Assembly: GCA_964057225.1 (NCBI GenBank)
Contig: OZ059897.1
Coordinates: 744,001 to 808,000, forward strand
DNA length: 64,000 nt
Direction of reading: 5' to 3'
Source of the DNA: Auanema rhodensis
Lineage: Eukaryota > Animalia > Nematoda
This document shows positions 54,643-64,000 of the stretch, piece after piece (the first letter of the stretch is position 1; each line of letters opens with the position of its first letter). A program made the translations under genes and the position numbers. The notes beneath the pieces were generated by a model that made no database searches, had not been told where the DNA came from, and saw nothing but the letters and a program-made list of their open reading frames with translations.

Positions 54643-55847
54643 TCTTCGCCTTAAAAATTGAGCGTTTCTCAATGTGGTATAGTGCATTCGGAACAAATGT
54701 TTAAGCTGCGTCGATCTGTGTTATCAGATTTGCGCTAGCTTAAAAATGCACCGAGATATCAATTGAAATAAGTTCACACTTATATCCTCGATTTTCACCC
54801 TGAAGAATTAATTTTTTCGTTGAATAACATTGTCCATCGTCTTCGCCTTAAAAAAAGGAAATTAGAAACATTTACTTTCTGTAAAATTATCTTGAAATTT
54901 TTCGGGAAAATTTTTGTCAAAATGTTTTTGGAAGCAATGTTGAGTGTACATGGAAACTCAACATACACTAATGCATCATTTTTCAAACAATCATAAATAA
55001 TTTTTGTATTGAGCGTTTCTCAATGTGGTATAGTGCATTCGGAACAAATGTTTAAGCTGCGTCGATCTGTGTTATTAGATTTGAGTTAGCTTAAAAATGC
55101 ACCGAGATATCAATTGAAATAAGTTCACACTTATATCCTCGATTTTCACCCTGAAGAATTAATTTTTTCGTTGAATAACATTGTCCATCGTCTTCGCCTT
55201 AAAAAAAGGAAATTAGAAACATTTACTTTCTGTAAAATTATCTTGAAATTTTTCGGGAAAATTTTTGTCAAAATGTTTTTGGAAGCAATGTTGAGTGTAC
55301 ATGGAAACTCAACATACACTAATGCATCATTTTTCAAACAATCATAAATAATTTTTGTATTGAGCGTTTCTCAATGTTATATAGTGCATTCGATGCGGAT
55401 TTTTAAGCTGCGTCGATCTGTGTTATTAGATTTGAGTTAGCTTAAAAATGCACCGAGATATCAACTGATATAAGTTCACACTTATATCCTCGATTTTCAC
55501 CCTGAAGAATTAATTTTTTCGTTGAAAAACATTGTTCATGGTCTTCGCCTTAAAAAAAGGAAATTAGAAACATTTACTTTCTGTAAAATTATCTTGAAAT
55601 TTTTCGGGATAATTTTTGTCAAAATGTTTTTGGAAGCAATGTTGAGTGTACATGGAAACTCAACATACACTAATGCATCATTTTTCAAACAATCATAAAT
55701 AATTTTTGTATTGAGCGTTTTTCAATGTAGTATAATGCATTCGATGCGGATTTTTAAGCTGCGTCGATCTGTGTTATTAGATTTGAGTTAGCTTAAAAAT
55801 GCACCGAGATATCAATTGAAATAAGTTCACACTTATATCCTCGATTT

Positions 55848-58800
55848 TCACCCTGAAGAATTAATTTTTTCGTTGAATAACATTGTCCATCGTCTTCGCC
55901 TTAAAAAAAGGAAATTAGAAACATTTACTTTCTGTAAAATTATCTTGAAATTTTTCGGGAAAATTTTTGTCAAAATGTTTTTGGAAGCAATGTTGAGTGT
56001 ACATGGAAACTCAACATACACTAATGCATCATTTTTCAAACAATCATAAATAATTTTTGTATTGAGCGTTTCTCAATGTTATATAGTGCATTCGATGCGG
56101 ATTTTTAAGCTGCGTCGATCTGTGTTATTAGATTTGAGTTAGCTTAAAAATGCACCGAGATATCAACTGATATAAGTTCACACTTATATCCTCGATTTTC
56201 ACCCTGAAGAATTAATTTTTTCGTTGAAAAACATTGTTCATGGTCTTCGCCTTAAAAAAAGGAAATTAGAAACATTTACTTTCTGTAAAATTATCTTGAA
56301 ATTTTTCGGGATAATTTTTGTCAAAATGTTTTTGGAAGCAATGTTGAGTGTACATGGAAACTCAACATACACTAATGCATCATTTTTCAAACAATCATAA
56401 ATAATTTTTGTATTGAGCGTTTTTCAATGTAGTATAATGCATTCGATGCGGATTTTTAAGCTGCGTCGATCTGTGTTATTAGATTTGAGTTAGCTTAAAA
56501 ATGCACCGAGATATCAACTGATATAAGTTCACACTTATATCCTCGATTTTCACCCTGAAGAATTAATTTTTTCGTTGATAAAATTGTCCATCGTCTTCGC
56601 CTTGAGAAAAGGAATCTAAGAACATCTAGTTTTTGTAAAATTATCTTGAAATTTTTCGGGAAAATTTTTGTCAAAATGTTTTTGGAAGCAATGTTGAGTG
56701 TACATGGAAACTCAACATACACTAATGCATCATTTTTCAAACAATCATAAATAATTTTTGTATTGAGCGTTTCTTAATGTATTATAGTGCATTCGATGCG
56801 GATTTCTAAGCTGCGTCGATCTGTGTTATCAGATTTGCGCTAGCTTAAAAATGCACCGAGATATCAATTGAAATAAGTTCACACTTATATCCTCGATTTT
56901 CACCCTGAAGAATTAATTTTTTCGTTGAATAACATTGTCCATCGTCTTCGCCTTAAAAAAAAGAATCTAAAAACATCTAGTTTTTGTAAAATTATCTTGA
57001 AATTTTTCGGGAAAATTTTTGTCAAAATGTTTTTGGAAGCAATGTTGAGTGTACATGGAAACTCAACATACACTAATGCATCATTTTTCAAACAATCATA
57101 AATAATTTTTGTATTGAGCGTTTATCCATGTAGTATAGTGCTTTCGATGCGGATTTTTAAGCTGCGTCGATCTGTGTTATCAGATTTGAGTTAGCTTAAA
57201 AATGCACCGAGATATCAACTGATATAAGTTCACACTTATATCCTCGATTTTCACCCTGAAGAATTAATTTTTTCGTTGAATAACATTGTCCATCGTCTTC
57301 GCCTTGAAAAAAAGAATCTAAAAACATCTAGTGTTTGTAAAATTATCTTGAAATTTTTCGGGAAAATTTTTGTCAAAATGTTTTTGGAAGCAATGTTGAG
57401 TGTACATGGAAACTCAACATACACTAATGCATCATTTTTCAAACAATCATAAATAATTTTTGTATTGAGCGTTTATCCATGTAGTATAGTGCCTTCGATG
57501 CGGATTTCTAAGCTGCGTCGATCTGTGTTATCAGATTTGCGCTAGCTTAAAAATGCACCGAGATATCAACTGATATAAGTTCACACTTATATCCTCGATT
57601 TTAACCCTGAAGAATTAATTTTTTCGTTGAAAAACATTGTCCATGGTCTTCGCCTTAAAAAAAGGAAATTAGAAACATTTACTTTCTGTAAAATTATCTT
57701 GAAATTTTTCGGGAAAATTTTTGTCAAAATGTTTTTGGAAGCAATGTTGAGTGTACATGGAAACTCAACATACACTAATGCATCATTTTTCAAACAATCA
57801 TAAATAATTTTTGTATTGAGCGTTTCTCAATGTGGTATAGTGCATTCGGAACAAATGTTTAAGCTGCGTCGATCTGTGTTATTAGATTTGCGCTAGCTTA
57901 AAAATGCACCGAGATATCAACTGATATAAGTTCACACTTATATCCTCGATTTTCACCCTGAAGAATTAATTTTTTCGTTGAATAAAATTGTCCATCGTCT
58001 TCGCAATAAGAAAAGGAATCTAAGAACATCTAGTTTTTGTAAAATTATCTTGAAATTTTTCGGGATAATTTTTGTCAAAATGTTTTTGGAAGCAATGTTG
58101 AGTGTACATGGAAACTCAACATACACTAATGCATCATTTTTCAAACAATCATAAATAATTTTTGTATTGAGCGTTTCTCAATGTAGTATAGTGCATTCGA
58201 TGCGGATTTTTAAGCTGCGTCGATCTGTGTTATCAGATTTGCGCCAGCTTAAAAATGCACCCAGATATCAACTGATATAAATTCACACTTATATCCTCGA
58301 TTTTCACCCTGAAGAATTAATTTTTTCGTTGAATAACATTGTCCATCGTCTTCGCCTTAAGTAAGGAATCTAAAAACATATACTTTTCGTGAAATTATCT
58401 TGAAATTTTTCGGGAAAATTTTTGTCAAAATGTTTTTGGAAGCAATGTTGAGTGTACATGGAAACTCAACATACACTAATGCATCATTTTTCAAACAATC
58501 ATAAATAATTTTTGTATTGAGCGTTTCTTAATGTTATATAGTGCATTCGATGCGGATTTTTAAGCTGCGTCGATCTGTGTTATTAGATTTGAGTTAGCTT
58601 AAAAATGCACCGAGATATCAAATGATATAAGTTCACACTTATATCCTCGATTTTCACCCTGAAGAATTAATTTTTTCGTTGAATAAAATTGTCCATCGTC
58701 TTCGCCTTGAGAAAAGGAATCTAAGAACATCTAGTTTTTGTGAAATTATCTTGAAATTTTTCGGGAAAATTTTTGTCAAAATGTTTTTGGAAGCAATGTT

Positions 58801-61800
58801 GAGTGTACATGGAAACTCAACATACACTAATGCATCATTTTTCAAACAATCATAAATAATTTTTGTATTGAGCGTTTCTCAATGTGGTATAGTGCATTCG
58901 GAACAAATGTTTAAGCTGCGTCGATCTGTGTTATCAGATTTGCGCTAGCTTAAAAATGCACCGAGATATCAATTGAAATAAGTTCACACTTATATCCTCG
59001 ATTTTCACCCTGAAGAATTAATTTTTTCGTTGAATAACATTGTCCATCGTCTTCGCCTTAAAAAAAGGAAATTAGAAACATTTACTTTCTGTAAAATTAT
59101 CTTGAAATTTTTCGGGAAAATTTTTGTCAAAATGTTTTTGGAAGCAATGTTGAGTGTACATGGAAACTCAACATACACTAATGCATCATTTTTCAAACAA
59201 TCATAAATAATTTTTGTATTGAGCGTTTCTCAATGTGGTATAGTGCATTCGGAACAAATGTTTAAGCTGCGTCGATCTGTGTTATTAGATTTGAGTTAGC
59301 TTAAAAATGCACCGAGATATCAATTGAAATAAGTTCACACTTATATCCTCGATTTTCACCCTGAAGAATTAATTTTTTCGTTGAATAACATTGTCCATCG
59401 TCTTCGCCTTAAGAAAAGGAATCTAAAAACATATACTTTTCGTGAAATTATCTTGAAATTTTTCGGGAAAATTTTTGTCAAAATGTTTTTGGAAGCAATG
59501 TTGAGTGTACATGGAAACTCAACATACACTAATGCATCATTTTTCAAACAATCATAAATAATTTTTGTATTGAGCGTTTCTCAATGTTATATAGTGCATT
59601 CGATGCGGATTTTTAAGCTGCGTCGATCTGTGTTATTAGATTTGAGTTAGCTTAAAAATGCACCGAGATATCAACTGATATAAGTTCACACTTATATCCT
59701 CGATTTTCACCCTGAAGAATTAATTTTTTCGTTGAAAAACATTGTTCATGGTCTTCGCCTTAAAAAAAGGAAATTAGAAACATTTACTTTCTGTAAAATT
59801 ATCTTGAAATTTTTCGGGATAATTTTTGTCAAAATGTTTTTGGAAGCAATGTTGAGTGTACATGGAAACTCAACATACACTAATGCATCATTTTTCAAAC
59901 AATCATAAATAATTTTTGTATTGAGCGTTTCTCAATGTGGTATAGTGCATTCGGAACAAATGTTTAAGCTGCGTCGATCTGTGTTATCAGATTTGCGCTA
60001 GCTTAAAAATGCACCGAGATATCAATTGAAATAAGTTCACACTTATATCCTCGATTTTCACCCTGAAGAATTAATTTTTTCGTTGAATAACATTGTCCAT
60101 CGTCTTCGCCTTAAAAAAAGGAAATTAGAAACATTTACTTTCTGTAAAATTATCTTGAAATTTTTCGGGAAAATTTTTGTCAAAATGTTTTTGGAAGCAA
60201 TGTTGAGTGTACATGGAAACTCAACATACACTAATGCATCATTTTTCAAACAATCATAAATAATTTTTGTATTGAGCGTTTCTCAATGTGGTATAGTGCA
60301 TTCGGAACAAATGTTTAAGCTGCGTCGATCTGTGTTATTAGATTTGAGTTAGCTTAAAAATGCACCGAGATATCAATTGAAATAAGTTCACACTTATATC
60401 CTCGATTTTCACCCTGAAGAATTAATTTTTTCGTTGAATAACATTGTCCATCGTCTTCGCCTTAAAAAAAGGAAATTAGAAACATTTACTTTCTGTAAAA
60501 TTATCTTGAAATTTTTCGGGAAAATTTTTGTCAAAATGTTTTTGGAAGCAATGTTGAGTGTACATGGAAACTCAACATACACTAATGCATCATTTTTCAA
60601 ACAATCATAAATAATTTTTGTATTGAGCGTTTCTCAATGTTATATAGTGCATTCGATGCGGATTTTTAAGCTGCGTCGATCTGTGTTATTAGATTTGAGT
60701 TAGCTTAAAAATGCACCGAGATATCAACTGATATAAGTTCACACTTATATCCTCGATTTTCACCCTGAAGAATTAATTTTTTCGTTGAAAAACATTGTTC
60801 ATGGTCTTCGCCTTAAAAAAAGGAAATTAGAAACATTTACTTTCTGTAAAATTATCTTGAAATTTTTCGGGATAATTTTTGTCAAAATGTTTTTGGAAGC
60901 AATGTTGAGTGTACATGGAAACTCAACATACACTAATGCATCATTTTTCAAACAATCATAAATAATTTTTGTATTGAGCGTTTTTCAATGTAGTATAATG
61001 CATTCGATGCGGATTTTTAAGCTGCGTCGATCTGTGTTATTAGATTTGAGTTAGCTTAAAAATGCACCGAGATATCAACTGATATAAGTTCACACTTATA
61101 TCCTCGATTTTCACCCTGAAGAATTAATTTTTTCGTTGATAAAATTGTCCATCGTCTTCGCCTTGAGAAAAGGAATCTAAGAACATCTAGTTTTTGTAAA
61201 ATTATCTTGAAATTTTTCGGGAAAATTTTTGTCAAAATGTTTTTGGAAGCAATGTTGAGTGTACATGGAAACTCAACATACACTAATGCATCATTTTTCA
61301 AACAATCATAAATAATTTTTGTATTGAGCGTTTCTTAATGTATTATAGTGCATTCGATGCGGATTTCTAAGCTGCGTCGATCTGTGTTATCAGATTTGCG
61401 CTAGCTTAAAAATGCACCGAGATATCAATTGAAATAAGTTCACACTTATATCCTCGATTTTCACCCTGAAGAATTAATTTTTTCGTTGAATAACATTGTC
61501 CATCGTCTTCGCCTTAAAAAAAAGAATCTAAAAACATCTAGTTTTCGTAAAATTATCTTGAAATTTTTCGGGAAAATTTTTGTCAAAATGTTTTTGGAAG
61601 CAATGTTGAGTGTACATGGAAACTCAACATACACTAATGCATCATTTTTCAAACAATCATAAATAATTTTTGTATTGAGCGTTTATCCATGTAGTATAGT
61701 GCCTTCGATGCGGATTTTTAAGCTGCGTCGATCTGTGTTATCAGATTTGAGTTAGCTTAAAAATGCACCGAGATATCAACTGATATAAGTTCACACTTAT

Positions 61801-62720
61801 ATCCTCGATTTTCACCCTGAAGAATTAATTTTTTCGTTGAATAACATTGTCCATCGTCTTCGCCTTGAAAAAAAGAATCTAAAAACATCTAGTTTTTGTA
61901 AAATTATCTTGAAATTTTTCGGGAAAATTTTTGTCAAAATGTTTTTGGAAGCAATGTTGAGTGTACATGGAAACTCAACATACACTAATGCATCATTTTT
62001 CAAACAATCATAAATAATTTTTGTATTGAGCGTTTATCCATGTAGTATAGTGCCTTCGATGCGGATTTCTAAGCTGCGTCGATCTGTGTTATCAGATTTG
62101 CGCTAGCTTAAAAATGCACCGAGATATCAACTGATATAAGTTCACACTTATATCCTCGATTTTAACCCTGAAGAATTAATTTTTTCGTTGAAAAACATTG
62201 TCCATGGTCTTCGCCTTAAAAAAAGGAAATTAGAAACATTTACTTTCTGTAAAATTATCTTGAAATTTTTCGGGATAATTTTTGTCAAAATGTTTTTGGA
62301 AGCAATGTTGAGTGTACATGGAAACTCAACATACACTAATGCATCATTTTTCAAACAATCATAAATAATTTTTGTATTGAGCGTTTCTTAATGTATTATA
62401 GTGCATTCGATGCGGATTTCTAAGCTGCGTCGATCTGTGTTATTAGATTTGCGCTAGCTTAAAAATGCACCGAGATATCAACTGATATAAGTTCACACTT
62501 ATATCCTCGATTTTCACCCTGAAGAATTAATTTTTTCGTTGAATAAAATTGTCCATCGTCTTCGCAATAAGAAAAGGAATCTAAGAACATCTAGTTTTTG
62601 TAAAATTATCTTGAAATTTTTCGGGATAATTTTTGTCAAAATGTTTTTGGAAGCAATGTTGAGTGTACATGGAAACTCAACATACACTAATGCATCATTT
62701 TTCAAACAATCATAAATAAT
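55848..62720 (-). repeat. Dispersed ~7-monomer block repeated at 4561-bp offset (13 x 351 - 2)
   Basis: Types 55848, 56495 (1-bp deletion), 56900, 57251, 57587 (TTTAACCCTG) and 57953 recur with a few differences at 60409, 61056, 61461, 61812, 62148 and 62514. Confidence 0.85.
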
Positions 62721-64000
62721 TTTTGTATTGAGCGTTTCTCAATGTGGTATAGTGCATTCGGAACAAATGTTTAAGCTGCGTCGATCTGTGTTATCAGATT
62801 TGAGCTAGCTTAAAAATGCACCGAGATATCAACTGATATAAGTTCACACTTATATCCTCGATTTTCACCCTGAAGAATTAATTTTTTCGTTGAATAAAAT
62901 TGTCCATCGTCTTCGCCTTGAGAAAAGGAATCTAAGAACATCTAGTTTTTGTAAAATTATCTTGAAATTTTTCGGGAAAATTTTTGTCAAAATGTTTTTG
63001 GAAGCAATGTTGAGTGTACATGGAAACTCAACATACACTAATGCATCATTTTTCAAACAATCATAAATAATTTTTGTATTGAGCGTTTCTCAATGTAATA
63101 TAGTGCATTCGATGCGGATTTTTAAGCTGCGTCGATCTGTGTTATTAGATTTGAGTTAGCTTAAAAATGCACCGAGATATCAACTGATATAAGTTCACAC
63201 TTATATCCTCGATTTTCACCCTGAAGAATTAATTTTTTCGTTGAATAAAATTGTCCATCGTCTTCGCCTTGAGAAAAGGAATCTAAGAACATCTAGTTTT
63301 TGTAAAATTATCTTGAAATTTTTCGGGAAAATTTTTGTCAAAATGTTTTTGGAAGCAATGTTGAGTGTACATGGAAACTCAACATACACTAATGCATCAT
63401 TTTTCAAACAATCATAAATAATTTTTGTATTGAGCGTTTCTCAATGTAGTATAGTGCATTCGAAACGGATTTTCAAGCTGCGTCGATCTGTGTTATCAGA
63501 TTTGCGCTAGCTTAAAAATGCACCGAGATATCAACTGATATAAGTTCACACTTATATCCTCGATTTTCACCCTGAAGAATCAATTTTTTCGTTGAATAAT
63601 ATTGTCCATCGTCTTCGCCTTGAAAAAAGGAATCTAAAAACTTCTACTCTTCGTTAAATTATCTTGAAATGTTTCGGGAAAATTTTTGTCAAAATGTTTT
63701 TGGAAGCAATGTTGAGTGTACATGGAAACTCAACATACACTAATGCATCATTTTTCAAACAATCATAAATAATTTTTGTATTGAGCGTTTCTCAATGTTA
63801 TATAGTGCATTCGATGCGGATTTTTAAGCTGCGTCGATCTGTGTTATTAGATTTGAGTTAGCTTAAAAATGCACCGAGATATCAACTGATATAAGTTCAC
63901 ACTTATATCCTCGATTTTCACCCTGAAGAATTAATTTTTTCGTTGAAAAACATTGTCCATGGTCTTCGCCTTAAAAAAAGGAAATTAGAAACATTTACTT

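Larger units (their letters stand above)
43552..57218 (-). repeat. 6836-bp tandem segmental duplication (19 monomers +168 bp -1 bp)
   Basis: Types 44281..50064 recur at 51117..56900. Shared private markers: TTATGACCTCG (~44270/~51106), the micro-inversion (47538/54374) and a 1-bp deletion (~49742/~56578). 19 x 351 + 168 - 1 = 6836. Confidence 0.95.
24745..64000 (-). repeat. Same 351-bp satellite family, ~112 copies, reverse orientation (open at window end)
   Basis: From TTGTCAAAATGTTTTTGGAAGC at 24745 the sequence is the reverse complement of the monomer. The repeated 63-codon frame switches from + (last at 24469) to - (first at 24977) and keeps 351-bp spacing. Confidence 0.99.

Noticed and set aside
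21074-62354. Longer 68-, 79- and 81-aa ORFs
   Set aside because: Each results from a single stop-loss substitution or 1-bp deletion in a monomer. They are useful only as duplication markers.
2005-63407. More than 130 copies of a 63-aa ORF (MKNDALVYVEFPCTL...) as a tandem small-peptide gene family with a variable C-terminus
   Set aside because: It starts at TTG and has no recognisable domain. It is broken by stops in most domain A monomers and several others, many variants are non-synonymous, and the non-ORF half of the monomer is similarly conserved. It is best explained as a chance frame in a satellite; ribosome profiling or proteomics would be needed to revive it.
1-64000. CRISPR array, integron cassette array or diversity-cassette system
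   Set aside because: There are no unique spacers or cassettes; the variable parts are homologous alleles differing by few bases. No cas, integrase, recombinase or reverse transcriptase gene is present.
1-64000. Tandem 5S rRNA, tRNA, snRNA or spliced-leader gene array
   Set aside because: I recognise no 5S, tRNA cloverleaf, Pol III box or SL/Sm motif in the monomer. An Rfam/Infernal scan of the consensus would be the decisive check.

Overview
The whole 64 kb is one AT-rich (~31% GC, hand count of one monomer) eukaryotic-type satellite DNA array made of ~182 copies of a 351-bp monomer. I find no genes, RNA genes or CRISPR arrays; every ORF in the track is the same chance reading frame repeated once per monomer. 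The interest is in the array architecture. (1) Orientation flips at 24730/24745 (~70 monomers on +, ~112 on -), and the 14-bp insert at the joint is a patchwork of copies of its own flanks, resembling Pol theta-type end joining. (2) A 269-bp micro-inversion with duplicated flanks and a fold-back hairpin at 47538-47820 looks like a replication template switch and was later copied by a 6836-bp tandem duplication. (3) There are nested higher-order duplications (2-, 3-, 4-, 5-, 9-, 13-, 15- and 19-monomer offsets). (4) Monomer subfamilies are spatially segregated, with a few misplaced monomers. (5) Monomer length is almost perfectly conserved. (6) The monomer is rich in dyad symmetries, and some variants appear at mirror positions of a hairpin. 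This fits (peri)centromeric heterochromatin, but species and function cannot be established from sequence alone. I found no evidence for a new gene-based system. All comparisons were by eye, so block boundaries are approximate.
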